The notes under the pieces are model-generated. The model was not told the origin of the DNA. It saw only the letters and a list, made by a program, of their open reading frames with translations, and searched no databases. Positions 26,290 through 39,911 of a stretch of DNA of 64,000 bases are shown piece after piece. The stretch is from positions 13,516,001 through 13,580,000 of the forward strand of contig NC_043000.1 of NCBI RefSeq assembly GCF_006345805.1, written 5' to 3'. Within the stretch, counting starts at the first letter, position 1, and each line of letters opens with the position of its first letter. The position numbers and the translations under genes are program-made. Origin of the DNA: Octopus sinensis (taxonomy: Eukaryota).

Positions 26290-26785
26290 AACAATTAAGG
26301 AACGGCCATAATAGGCCATTCACCCACTAGAAATAACAGCCAAAGCTTCTACCGCAAATAAAGATTAATTCCGTAAACAGGAGAAAATTAAAAAAAACAT
26401 TTACCCTGTAATTTCTTGTACGGTATACCGTTTCATCCTCTGTTTAATGGTAAACTAACCTGATTAAATTAAATCAAGCCAATCCTCCATAAGCCCTCGG
26501 ATTCTTCAGCAAGAAATAGCTCAAGTCGGGACAGATATATACACGAGGCATACCCAATCTTGCCAAGTCAATATCTGACCTAAAATTTTCAAATCGTCGC
26601 ACTCGCGCCAAATTTATCGGCAGCAAATAGATATCAGCCGTCGATTCCATTACGGAATTAACCAAAAAATTCATAATTAATCAATATAGGGTGGCAAGGA
26701 AAATTTTGTAGAATTTTATTGCCACCTGGTGGCAATAAAATTCTACAAAATTTTCCTTGCCACCCTATATTGATTAATTATGAAT
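26290..26785. mobile_element. Unclassified CpG-containing element ending in a palindrome with 58-bp arms (about 26669-26785)
   Basis: Arms centred on T26727; GGTGGCAA/TTGCCACC nested in each arm; (TA)n on both sides. Confidence 0.55.
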
Positions 26786-27479
26786 ATATATAATATATAT
26801 ATATATACACACACGCGCGCACACATATACATAATTTTTCATATATGTATATGTAAATGTGTATAGATATTTACATCTCTCTCTGTCCATATATATGTGC
26901 ACATGTATCTATCTCTTTCTCTCTGTCTCTGTATATATATATATATATATGTATGTACGTATGTCTGTATGTATGTATGTGTGTGTGTGTTTATATGTGA
27001 TTTTGTGTTTGTGAGTATACACTCATGGACACACACACTTATACAGAAGACACACATAAACACATGTATGAAATACATAAACACATGTATATTGAATCAT
27101 GTGACTACTTAAGACTTGGATAGCCTCAGGAATCAACTTTACAAAACAGAAAAAACTAATACAGAAACAAACAAACAAAAAAGCCAAACCCAACTACAAG
27201 AACATCTCTCTCTCGTTATAGTAGCTATATATCATTGCTGTTGATAGATTTTTCTCTCTAACTGTCAGTAAGACAACATTATACTTTCTGTTGCTGTTAC
27301 AAGTGACAAAATCAATTCTGCACTCACATGCAACATATTTAAACAGATTAGACAATTAATAGTGAAACACCTGACAATAAAGCTGCAAGTGTAGTAACCA
27401 TGTTTTAGCTGACTTTAAACCTCACTCCTTGCTGTTTTCACTATTCTACAACCCCCACCCCAACTATCTATACACTCAC

Positions 27480-27581
27480 CTCTGTTGCAATGGTTGCATT
27501 GTCTTTGAGGAATTTTTTGGTATTGGAATAATTTCTCACTTATTGAATTTATTGGAATTTTTCCGTTTTGGTTGTTGAAAA
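27480..27581 (-). other. Candidate first coding exon of paralog B (102 nt; ATG at 27499-27497; MQPLQQ(R/S))
   Basis: Acceptor and GTGAGT donor (27479-27474) are identical to copy A. One 3-bp and one 1-bp indel, both 5' of the ATG. Confidence 0.55.
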
Positions 27582-28036
27582 CTATATTCACAAGAGAACA
27601 AGGATCACTATGATGCTGTAGTTTGGGTGTTTGGCAGAATGGTAGTTATGTTTTGGTACAGCAGTATATATGTTGGGTGTAGTAGTATGTGTATTTGGTA
27701 AAGTGAAATACATGATTAGTATAGTGGTGTATATGTTTGGTACAGTGTTATACATGCTTACTATAATGGCATGTGTGCTTTGTATGTTGGTATGTATATC
27801 TGGTATAATGGCATGTGTGTTTTATATAGCAGTGTAAATGTTTTTGGCATATTGATATATATACATACATATTTGGCATATCTGTATATTTGTTCGGTTT
27901 AATAGTATACATATTTGGTATAGTGGTATGATATATGTTCAGTTTAGTGGTATACATGTTTGAAAAGGTGGTAAACATGTTCACTATAATGGTATGTATG
28001 CTTGATACAGCAGTATAAATGTTTTTGGCACAATGG

Positions 28037-28069
<33 letters not shown>

Positions 28070-29648
28070 TTGACATTGTGGTATGTTTGTTTGGTTTAGT
28101 GGTATACATGTTTTCAAATTCCGCCGAGGTCGACTTTGCCTTTCATCCTTTCGGGGTCGATTAGATAAGTACCAGTTACACACTGGGGTTGATATAATCG
28201 ACTTAATCCGTTTGTCTGTCCTTGTTTATCCCTTCTTTGTGCAGCCCCTTGTGGGCAGTAAAGAAACAGGTATATATGTTTGGTACAATGGTGTACATGT
28301 CTGAAAAAGTGGTATATATGTTCACTATAATAGTATGTATATTTGGTATAATGGTATATATGTTTGAGATTATGATATCTATGTTTCATATAGTGATGTA
28401 TATATTTGCTGTACTTGATAAGACATGTCAAGCTCAGTAAAATTGCTGTCTTCCATACATACAAACTTGTCCTTTCAGGAGCTGGTGCCACATAAAACAC
28501 ACCTGTGTGGTGCTGCATAAACAAACCCATGCCAGTGGCACATAATTAGCACCCAGCACACTCTGTTAAGTGGTGGGCATTAGGAAGGGCATCCAGCCAA
28601 AAAAACCATGACACAACAGACAATTGGAGTCTGGACAGTTTCCCCAGCTGGCTAGCTCCATGTCAAACCGTCCAACCCATGCCAACATGGAAAACATACA
28701 TTAAACGATGATGATGATAATGATGATAAAGTTTGGATAAGGTTTGGCGGCAAGCTGGCAGAAACGTTAGCACGCCAGGTGAAATGCATAACTGCATTTC
28801 GTCTGCCGCTACATTCTTAGTTCAAATTCCGCCGAGGTCAACTTTGCCTTTCATCCTTTTGGGGTCGATAAATTAAGTACCAGTTATGTACTGGGGTCGA
28901 TGTAATCGACTTAATCCGTTTGTTTGTCCACTCTGTGTTTCGCTCCTTGTGGGTAGTAAAGAAATAGATGATAAGGTTTGGAATAGAGGCATGTATATTT
29001 CATATAATGGTCTATATGTTTGGTATAGTAGCATATATGCTCTGCATATTGGTTTAGTTGTGTGTATACTCAGTACAGTGGAATGCATGTTTGGCTTAGT
29101 AGTATATATATATGTTTATGATAATGGTATGATATATGTTTAGTATAGAGGTACAAGTGTTTGGTATAATAGTATGTGTGCTGCTGTAGTCGAATCTATG
29201 TACACAAAAGTAGTATATATATTCATTACAGTGGCATATTTGCTTGGTATCGTGCTATGTATGTTTCATCATGTGGCATGGAGAATTTCATGTGGTGATA
29301 TGAAATGTGCATCCAAGTTTTCATTCTTCTCTATTATCAATCATGGTTTCATTTCACTTGTATTACTAATGATCTTTGGAAAGCTACTATTATTCTCTGA
29401 AGTGGTACATTCATAGATGACTCTCATTACAAACAATCAAATTATTTTAGTTATCATATTTCTCATTTGTATCGAGAAAACATTTATGATTTGTTTTCTT
29501 TTCACATTTCCAGATGGAAAGTTAGTGACTCAGTGGTTAAGATGTTGGATTAATTCTATAGGTTTTTTTTTTCATGTTCAAACCCTGTTGTTTACACAAG
29601 CAAATCGTTTCCTGGAACAAAGGTTAATGTAGTACTCTATCTACTTAC

Positions 29649-29659
29649 CTCAGTAAAAC
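29649..29659 (-). other. Candidate 11-nt microexon, paralog B
   Basis: Minus strand reads ttttttttttatttAG|GTTTTACTGAG|GTAAGT. Confidence 0.6.
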
Positions 29660-30283
29660 CTAAATAAAAAAAAAAAATCATAAAATGTACCTTTTCCAGT
29701 ATGTGACTCTTTTGGTTGGCATCGCAAAAGATGTACAAGTATGTGTCTACAATTTATATGTATATTTACAGAACCATCAAATTCATGTTTCATGGTATGG
29801 AGATAATTGATGGCAGTATAACAGGTAAGATACAGGTAGGGACAAGAGTCAACACTAAATGAGGTATGAGTAAAAAACAGAATTCCAATTAGTAGTAGTA
29901 GTAGTATTACTTTTTCTTCTTCTTCTTCTCTTCTTCTTCTTCTTCTTCTTCTTCTTCTTCTTCTTCTTCTTCTTCTCTTCCGCCTCCTTCTTCTTCTACT
30001 TTTTCTTCTTCTTTAGTCCCTAGTCAGCCATGCTGATTAGAATTACGATCCTGATCAAAGATATTTATTCCACAGATGACCATCTTGCTCTTTCTTTCTC
30101 TGTTCCCAACCATTTGTGCAGCACCTTGGGCAAGTATCTTCTACTATTGCCCTGGATCAACCAAAGCACTGTGAGTGGATTTGGTAGACGGAAACTGAAA
30201 GAAACCTATTATATATATATATACTTTTTTATATGTATGTATGTATGTATATGTATGTATGTGTATGCGTATATGTATGTATG

Positions 30284-30340
<57 letters not shown>

Positions 30341-30349
30341 TACATATGT

Positions 30350-31160
30350 GGGAAATTCTGTCTGTGGGTGTGTTTGTGGAGTTGTTAGTTAACTTCTCCT
30401 ACATCATTTTATCGATTTTGATGAAACTTGACATGTGAGTAGAACTCATGTCTGGAAACCTCATGGCATATTCAGATTGTTGGAAAAATCGATAATAGGG
30501 CCCCTGGAAGGGATCCTTATATATAGCCAAGGGAAATAATCCATTCATTTTCCTAAATTATTTGGTAAAAATGAAAGCGAGTATGCTTATTTCTTAATAT
30601 TTGAACTGTTAGAGTTATTTTCGCAATTCATCCTGTAAAACCTTTAAACAAGTAAATAGTATTTTCCTAAACAATAGATTCACTTATTTTGGTTAGTGAC
30701 TTATTCATAAATATACCAACACTAGCGCCCCTGATGGTAATATTCTCTGGGAATGCACTTTGAACTGTTATTATCTCATATCTGATTAGCTTGTTATTAT
30801 GTAACATGCATCACGATTTTAGTATACATACCTTATTAGTATTTCCTCCTAAGTTCTATATACTCTGGGAACGCATTAAAGCTCTTTTCAGGGCTACTTT
30901 GTTTGAATTCTTACTATCAGGTAACTAATTTCATGTTATTACATGTTATTACATAACTGACTTCCCAATTTGGGTATTCATAACTTATTGGCAATTCTTA
31001 AAAACAAGATCCTGTGTAAGACATTTCGGTATTCCCTTTAAGTGCACAAAAACCGTTTTAAGGGCTACACACTTTGTATTGTTGTTATTGGATTAGTGAA
31101 ACAATTATGAGAATGGAACCAAAGGATATGCTCCACTTTCCCAGGAATTACTGGGTACTT
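30350..31160. mobile_element. Possible Helentron/DINE-1-like non-autonomous element
   Basis: TCTGTCTGT...ATCGATTTTGATGAAACTTGAC is reminiscent of such elements. Boundaries are uncertain. Confidence 0.35.
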
Positions 31161-31990
31161 TAGCTAGTATTTATGTACGTATGTATGTATGTATGTATGT
31201 ATGTATGTATGTATGTATGTATGTATATATGCCTGTATGTGTGTATGTATGTATGTATGTATGTATGTATGCATGTATGTATGTATGTATGTATGTATGT
31301 ATGTATGTATGTATGTATGTATGTATGTATGTATATGTATATTTGCATGTGTTAGCTGTATCTTTGTCTTGACATCATGTGAGGGTTTCTAGTCTCTCAT
31401 TGAAAAACATATGAAGAAAACAAGTATGAATTGGTGACAGGAAAAGCATCTGACTATAAGAAATCTGCTTCGACACATTCTGTGTGTGATCCATGCAAGC
31501 ATGGAAAATTGGAAGTGAAACAACAATGATAACAATTCTAAAGCCCAACAAAATTGTAAGGTAAGTCATATCACACAGACATCTCACACTTCTATAAACA
31601 TGCTAAAAGAATTCCAGAGAAGTTTACTGATGTCACTATTATAATTTACTGCCACCATCACCACTGCTACCACCCACACCTTGTCAAATCACACCACAGA
31701 TTCAGACCACAACACTCAACTACAATACTGCTCACAAAATTAACAATAGAAAGTACATGATGGCTTCAACAATAAAAAATCCTCCCACATACATAGTACT
31801 ACTACTAGCTTTGACATCACCAAAGCTTTTTATTTCCTACAATACACTTACACAAAAAAAAAAGCAATATCCTATTTATGAAATAGCACAAAATGCTGGT
31901 GAGCAAACTGTCTGTCAGATTGCCAAGCCTACATAGGGTATAAGAAGAACACTTCTGGAACTAGCAGTTCTTTTAATGAAGTACCACAGG

Positions 31991-32396
31991 CAGGGCCGGA
32001 TTAAGACCCATCCAGGCCCTAAGCACCTAAGAGATTTTGGTGCCCCCATACAAGATTATGTAATTCAAAATATAAGTAATAACAAACCATATAATAAATT
32101 TTTATTTTTCAAAAATCAAAACAGTTAGAGGGAAAATAATGCTTATTTTTGTATTCTTCCATTTTATTTATACTTGAAAAGTTTCATCTTGCTTTTTTGA
32201 TCAGATCCTCAAAATTAATCTTAGGTAACACATCTGCATCTGTACTTAGTAGTGATTAAGGTATCCCAAATATTATTTCAGCAAGTTTAAAGTGATTTCT
32301 TTTGTGCCGTAAACTATTTACCATTTCTGTGGTGCCCGTCCTTCCCTTGATGCCCTAAGCACATGCTTATTTTGCTTAATGGTTAATCCAGCTCTG
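31991..32396. mobile_element. hAT MITE
   Basis: TIRs CAGGGCCGGATTAA / TTAATCCAGCTCTG. Perfect 8-bp TSD ACCACAGG at 31983-31990 and 32397-32404. Confidence 0.92.
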
Positions 32397-33077
32397 ACCA
32401 CAGGGATCCATCCTATCACTCCTACTTTTCAGCCTATATTTTCATCACTACATCCCCACACTTCACATAGCAGATACAAACAGCCTCATAAACAGATGAT
32501 ATAAGCACTCAAATATACCTTCTATTCTCCAAACATTGTTATACAACTTCTCCAATCCTACCTAAGCCACCAAGAAACCTAGTTCCCTTTTCATTTCTCT
32601 TCATACCACATATCTCTTCAACACCACAGAACATCAAATACAAGCAACAACATGAAAGGACACCTTACAAACACACACACACCGATAGAGAGACCGATAG
32701 AATAAGTACTAGGCTTACAAAGAATAAGTCCTAGGGTCGATTTGCTCAACTAAAGGCGGTGCTCCAGCATGGCAGCAGTCAAGTGACTGAAACAAGTAAA
32801 AGAGTAAAAGAGTTAGTCAAATATTTATCCTGCAGTTGCTTCGCAAGGAACTGAATGTAGCACTCTGTCTAAAATGCTTTCTCCAAATCAACAAAAGCAG
32901 GAATAATAGTTTATTCTTAGCCAAGATTTTCCCTCCAGTGGCTTCACTAGGAGATGAAACCAAACTGCATATCATCTAGGTGTGTATTGGATAAAAATTT
33001 ATTTTCAATTTTTATAAAACTGCTTGCATTTCTCTCTCCATGACTTTCATAACATAGTCCGGTAGTCTCTATAGTTA

Positions 33078-33481
33078 TTCTTTTACTCTTTTACTTGTTT
33101 CAGTCATTTGACTGCGGCCATGCTGGAGCACCGCCTTTAGTCGAGCAAATCGACCCCGGGACTTATTCTTCGTAAGCCCAGTACTTATTCTATCGGTCTC
33201 TTTTGCCGAACCGCTAAGTGACGGGGACATAAACACACCAGCATCGGTTGTCAAGCAATGCTAGGGGGACAAACACAGACACAGAAACACACACACACAT
33301 ATATATATACATATATACGACAGGCTTCTTTCAGTTTCCGTCTACCAAATCCACTCACAAGGCATTGGTCGGCCCGGGGCTATAGCAGAAGACACTTGCC
33401 CAAGATGCCACGCAGTGGGACTGAACCCGGAACCATGTGGTTGGTTAGCAAGCTACTTACCACACAGCCACTCCTGCGCCT
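33078..33481 (-). mobile_element. Young full-length SINE family A copy
   Basis: CpGs are intact and it is nearly identical to 49562-49950, apart from a short deletion there. Confidence 0.95.
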
Positions 33482-33855
33482 ATTTTAAGAGTTGCTTCTC
33501 TTTAATGCATTTTCTTTGCCTTTGCAGAAGTTTATGATGATATTGCTAAACTAGTCCTGTATAACTTGAGTAACAATTCTTTCACATATTCAAGCAGAGT
33601 TCCCCCTCTTCATACAACTGGCAAACAACAAAAAACACCAATACCAGTGTTACCCTACTAACACCATTAATGTACAAATATATCAGTCAACAAGGAAGCC
33701 TGTATGTGGCCACCTGCTAGCAATAACTGCCAAATCTCCCTCCAATCACACCATTTTTTAAAGAAAAAAAAACATTTTTTTAATAGTTATTGTAGTCCTA
33801 TTTATACTAAACTAATCAGGGTGAAAGAGCAAATAGTCAAGAGTGGAATATTTTT

Positions 33856-33950
33856 GGTCAATGACGGTTGACCTGGTCAATGACGGTTGACCTGGTCAAT
33901 GACGGTTGACCTGGTCAATGACGGTTGACCTGGTCAATGACGGTTGACCT
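33856..33950. repeat. Perfect 5 x 19-bp tandem array of a self-complementary unit
   Basis: GGTCAA-TGACGG-TTGACC-T starting at 33856, 33875, 33894, 33913 and 33932. Confidence 0.98.
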
Positions 33951-36544
33951 GGAGTTAAACAGAAACAATGACAACAGACGTCATCAGCATCACCACCATC
34001 ATCATCATCGTTTAACATCCACTTTCCATGTTGGCATGGATTAACAGGAGCTGGCCTGGCAGAAGACTGCACCAGACTTCTGTGTCTGTTTTGGCAAGGT
34101 TTTTTATGGCTGGGTGCCCTTCCTAACACCAACCACCCTGCAGAGTGGACTCAGTGCATTGTAAGTGGCACCAGCACAAGTGAGGTCAGTTTTGGCATGG
34201 TTTTTTACAGCTTTCAAATGCCAACCACTTTACAGTGTGGACTGGGTGCTCTTTATGTGACACCTTGTTTCAGTCACAGTCCTGTGGCCATGCTGGGGCA
34301 CAGTTTATTAAAGTTTACCCAAACAAATCGACTCCAGTTTCTGTCTACTAAATTCTCACACAAGACATTGGTCAACCTTAGGGGTTATATAGTGGAAGAC
34401 TGAGATTCTGAGCTGTGGGACCAAACTTGAAACCATTTCTTTGCAAAGTGAACTTCTTCACCTCATATCCATGCCTTGCACTGATAAATAAGCATACAGA
34501 CACAACACCACACCACACCATAAATACCTGATATTACTGCAACACCACCACCATCACAGTTAAACATTCAGCAACATCAGAACAATCTCATATAATTCAA
34601 CCATCACAGCAAGACTACCACATTACAACATCGCAATAGTACCACTCACTACACACACACCACAACCACCACCACCACCACCACCACCACTGCCAACATC
34701 ACCAACATCACTGCCACCACCACCATTGCCACTGCCGCCACTACCACTTTTGCCACCACCATCACCACCTCTGCCGCCACCATCACCATCACCCTCACCA
34801 GCATCACAGTACCTCATCACTATATTCTATTATTGCCATCAATCATACCAAAAAAGAAACCATCTATATAATCGTTTCCTTGCAAGAAATAGCAGCCAAA
34901 TCTCCCTCAAATAACATCCTACAATTTTTTAACAAAAGACGTTCTTTTATTCTTTTATTTGTTTTAGTCATTTGACTGCGGCCATGCTGGAGCACCACCT
35001 TTAGGTGAACAAATCAACCCCAGGACTTATTCTTTGTAAAAGCCTAGTATTTATTCTATCAGTCACTTTTGCTGAACCGTTAAGTTACGGGGACGTAAAC
35101 ACAGCAACATCAGTTGTCAAGCGATGGAGGGAGAACAAACATAGACACATACATATAAATATATACATATATACGTCAGGCTTCTTTCAGTTTCCATCTA
35201 CCAAATCCACTCACAAGGCTTTGGTCGGCCCAAGGCTATAGTAGAAGATACTTGCCCAAGGTGCCACGCAGTGGGACTGAACCCGGAACTATGTGGTTAG
35301 TAAGCAAGCTATTTACCACACACCCAAATGCAGTCCTTTGTTTCTTGCATGTAAGAAAAAAAGATAGGATGGTCACAGATGGATTGCCTTATTGCCTCTG
35401 ATCACAGATCTGCTAAATCAGAACTGACCTGTAGCAAAGCAACAACAACAGTAACAGCAACAACAACAACAACAACAACTACCAATAGTACAATGCTTTC
35501 CTTCTCATCTCCATTTCACACAGGCCCCCCCCTCTACAATTGCAACTACCATCACTATTTCCATTATCATTCTCAACTCAGCCCACCACCACCACCACCA
35601 ACAACAACACCAACATCCCTTCCACTATCATCATCATCATCATCATCATACCTTTCTCCCACCACCACTACCACTACCACCACCACCGACACCATCACTT
35701 CAATCACCACTACTACCACTCCTTGCAAGAGGAAGCAATAAAAGTACTATAGCTTGGGTGGGGACCAACCACACTAATGTGTGTGTGTGTGTGTGTGCAT
35801 GCATGCGTGTGTGTGTGTGTGTGTGTGCGCGTGTGTGTGTGTGTGTGTGTGCGTGTGTGTGTGTGCCTGCATGAGTGTCCATGCATTTATGTATGTATAT
35901 GTGTGTATTAATGCATTTATGTGTGTGTGTGAGTGAGTGAATGTGTCAATGCATCTGTGTGTGTTTGTATGTGCGTGTGTGTGTGTGTGTGTGTTATGTT
36001 GTGTGTGTGTTATGTTGTGTGTGTGTTATGTTGTGTGTGTGTGTGTGTGTGTGGTGTGAATGAGGAGGAAAAGCAGCAGCAAGAGTAAGTATGAGCAGCA
36101 AATCTTTTTCATCTCTCTCTTTCTTTTTCCTCTCCCCCTCTCTCTTTCTTTCACACACTCTCTCTCTCTCTATCTCTCTCTCTCTCTCTCTCCACCGCCA
36201 CCACCACCACCACCCCCACCCCCACCGGCCACCCGGAGGTCAGAGGTGAGAGGTGAGCAATGGATAACTTGTCAGCTGCTTCATATATTTTGGTATGTGG
36301 CCTGGTTTCAAAAGGGTTATTTAGCTGTTTCCTCTTGCTTTTTCTTTCTTTTATATATATATATATATATCTTGTTTCTTTTTTTTATTATTTATTTTCT
36401 TGTGTTTTACCTCTAATGCTTAGGGTGCATAGAAGAGTGACTTTGGGGTGTGTGTGTGTGTGTGTGTGGATCGGGGAGGGGGGGTTGAGGAAAGGGTTAG
36501 GGGGTTTTGAATAGCTGCTTGGTGGAAGATTGCAGAGGGCTGTG

Positions 36545-36581
<37 letters not shown>

Positions 36582-36701
36582 GCGCGCGCACACACACACA
36601 CACACGCACACACACACACACAACACACACACACACCATAGATACACATAGACAAAGCAGTAAAAATATATACACATGCAGGCAATTGTAGAAAACATAC
36701 A

Positions 36702-36745
<44 letters not shown>

Positions 36746-37324
36746 CATATATACACCCATGAATATGTAAACTACACACTCAGATACACAGGGTACACAA
36801 AGAAACATGCATACATACACACCACACATACATGCAGACAAACAAACATGCAGGCACACACACACACACACACATATACAAACACTATTTACCAACAACT
36901 CAACTATCCACATCAACACACACAAACACACACACACAAATAAACATGCAAATACACATACACACAAATGCAAACAAAAGCAACACACACACACATATAC
37001 AGATACCAACACAACTAAACACCTATTTCTCTCTCTCCCCCTCTCTCCCCCCTCTCTCACACACACACACACACACACAAAAGCTCTTATGTGTGTGTCT
37101 TGATGGACAAAGTTCAGAACAAAGGTGATGATGCTGGTGCTTTTGTGAATTGAAATAAGTTCTACAAATAAATAGGTCCTTTATATTCAAACACAAATCT
37201 CCATGTATATGATGAAGACAAGCAGGCCGAAACTTTGAAGTCAGTGTCAGCTCTCTTGTAAAAGTTCAATAAACATGTGTGGCTGTGTGGTAAGAAGCTT
37301 GTTTCCCAAATTGAGTTCCTTTTG

Positions 37325-37855
37325 AACATTGGGCCTCATGGAGGTAAAGTGGCTGTGTTCCTCTCGAGTGTTGGGCCAGGCGGAGGCAAGGTGGCTGAGT
37401 TCCTCTCAACTGTTGTGCCTGGCGGAAATCAAAGTGGCTGAGTTCCTCTCAAACATTGGGTCTGATGGAAGAAAAGTGGCTGAGTCCCTCTAAAACGTTG
37501 GGCCTGGCGGAGGCAAAGTGGCTGGGTTCCTCTCAAGCGCCGGGCCTGATGGAAGAAAAGTGGCTGAGTCCCTCTAAAACGTTGGTCCTGGCGGAGGCAA
37601 AGTGGCTGGGTTCCTCTCAAACTTTGGGCCTGATGGAAGCAAAGTGGCTGAGTTCCTCTCAAACTTTGGGCCTCATGGAGGCAAAGTGGTTGAGTTCCTT
37701 TTGAGTGTTGGGCTTCAAGGAGGCAAGGTGGCCGAGTTCCTCTCGAGCACTGGGCCTCACAGAGGCAAAGTGGATGAATTCCATTTCAGTGTTGGGCTTC
37801 AAGGAGGCAAGGTAGCTGAGTTCCTCTCGAGCATTGGGCCTCATGGAAGCAATAA
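37325..37855 (+). repeat. 42-bp minisatellite (about 12 units) upstream of an RTE-type 3' tail
   Basis: Unit approximately GGGCCTCATGGAGGCAAAGTGGCTGAGTTCCTCTCAAGCATT, translating as GPHGGKVAEFLSSI. The period was checked at 37611 and 37653. Confidence 0.95.
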
Positions 37856-39336
37856 CCAAGACCTTTGGCATTATGTTGTGCTTGAGAAGAAGACCCATCA
37901 GTCCAAGAAAAATCACAGTCATCGCAGATATCAGTGTCATGCAAATTGGCACCTGTGCCGGTGGCAAGCAAAAGCACCCATTACACTCACAGAGTGGTTG
38001 GTGTTAGGAAGGACATCCAGCTGTAGAAAACCATGCCAATCAAACTGGAGTCTGGTGCAGCCTTCCAGTGTGCCAGCATGGACAACAGACGTTAAATGAT
38101 GATGATGATGGTGGTTCTGGGTTGAGTCCAAGAGCATGGCATCTTGGGCAAATGTCTACTACTATAGCCTCTGGCCATGCTCAAATGGTGTTTTTTACGT
38201 GCCACCTGCACAGGAGCCAGTCCAGCAGCACTGGCGATGACCTCGCTCGAATATTGGTTTTCACGTGCTACCGGCACAAGTGTCACTAATTGTTAAACAG
38301 GATAACAAACTTTAAGACAAGACAAACATCTCAAGTCATATGCATTATTATTATTGGAAAAAATTCAAAGTCTTACACCTGTTTCTGGGATATCCAGACT
38401 TTGAATTTTTTCCAATAATAATAATGCATATGACTTCAGATGCTTGCCTTGCCTTTTTGCTATAAGCCCATACCAACCAAAGCCTTGTGAATGGATTTGG
38501 CAGATCGAATCTAAAAGAAGCCCAATATATTTATAAATGGGCACCTCATGGGAAGACAAGGTTCCATATTGAATCACCTTGGAATGCTGCAACTCCTCCA
38601 GCATCGAATCTTATTGTCAAGTGTCAACTTTGCTGGACTGGCTGCAATTAGGCTGCCTCCAACACCCAGCTTATTAGATCCTAGTCCAACCTATGGAAAA
38701 ATCTGCTACTCAGCTTTTACTCTCTGTTCACATCACCGTGTTCACCAACTTCATTTAACACCAACATGAAGGGATGCTGTTGTCCTCAGAGCCAAGAGAC
38801 CTTCAAATGTGCAAGCAAGTCCCCTACCACTGCTTGATAACACGAAGGGATGCTGTTGTCCTCAGAGCCAAGAGACCTTCAAATGTACGAGCAAGTCCCC
38901 TACGACTGCTTGTTAGCTGGTGTTGCTTTGTTTACATCCTCATAACTTAACAGTTTGGCAAAAGAGATTGATAGACTAAGTACCAGACTTTAAAAAAAGT
39001 ACTGGGGTCAATATGACTAAACCCTTCAAGGCAGTGCCCCAGTACTGGGTGATTTATGTGTGGCACCAGCACAGGTGCTTGTTACATGTACACATATATA
39101 CATATCTTCTATATTTTATTTGTTTTATTCACTGAACTTTTATTTGATTTTATCACTTGAAGGGTTTTAGTCGAACAAATCAACCCCACTTGTTTGTTTT
39201 TTAAGTCTGGTGCTGACACTGATTCTATTGATTTTATTTGCTAAACTGCTAAGTTACAAGGATGTAAACAAACCAACACCGGTTGTCAAGCAGTTGGTGG
39301 GGGATAAACACAAAGACACACCACACACATGCATGT

Positions 39337-39372
<36 letters not shown>

Positions 39373-39911
39373 GTAGTTCCCATCTACAAGATTCACTCAC
39401 AAAGCATTAATTGACCTGGGGCTATAGAAAAAGTCACTTGCCCAAAGCACCATGCAGTAAGGCTGAACCCAAAGCTACATAGTTGCAAAGCTTAGCTTCT
39501 TAGCCACACACCCAATATATAGAGAGATAGGCAGAGCGACAGATAGATAGATGTGTACATATAGATGAATGTGTGTGTGGGGGGATTTGTACATGTATGC
39601 ATGACATTAAATTTGAAGTTTATTTATAGGCATCCACTTGTTTTTCTATTAGACTGGACTTTGGTTATTGACACTCAATATGATGTTACTGGGTCACACA
39701 CATACACAAGGATTCTCACACACACATGCACACACACACACACACACACACTCACACAGACATGCATAGTCACATATGAAATATCAAATTAACAAAAGCT
39801 TCTGTTGATGTTTAACCCAAGGTCAGCATTGATCCTGCAGACTATAGTGACCCAAAGTATTCCTTTCATGACTATCCTATCTTTATGCCTAGACATTGTG
39901 TGTATCACTAT

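Larger units (their letters stand above)
27085..30090 (-). repeat. Copy B of the inverted segmental duplication
   Basis: See copy A. Expanded by a TGGTATATATGTT-type minisatellite, SINE B copies and an RTE-tail insertion between about 27780 and 29200. Confidence 0.92.

Noticed and set aside
33856-33950. CRISPR-like array of palindromic repeats
   Set aside because: There are no spacers and no cas genes, and the context is eukaryotic.
38768-38912. 76-bp tandem duplication with a tRNA-like look on the minus strand
   Set aside because: The B box is degenerate and there is no cloverleaf. Probably duplicated SINE-head debris rather than tRNA genes.
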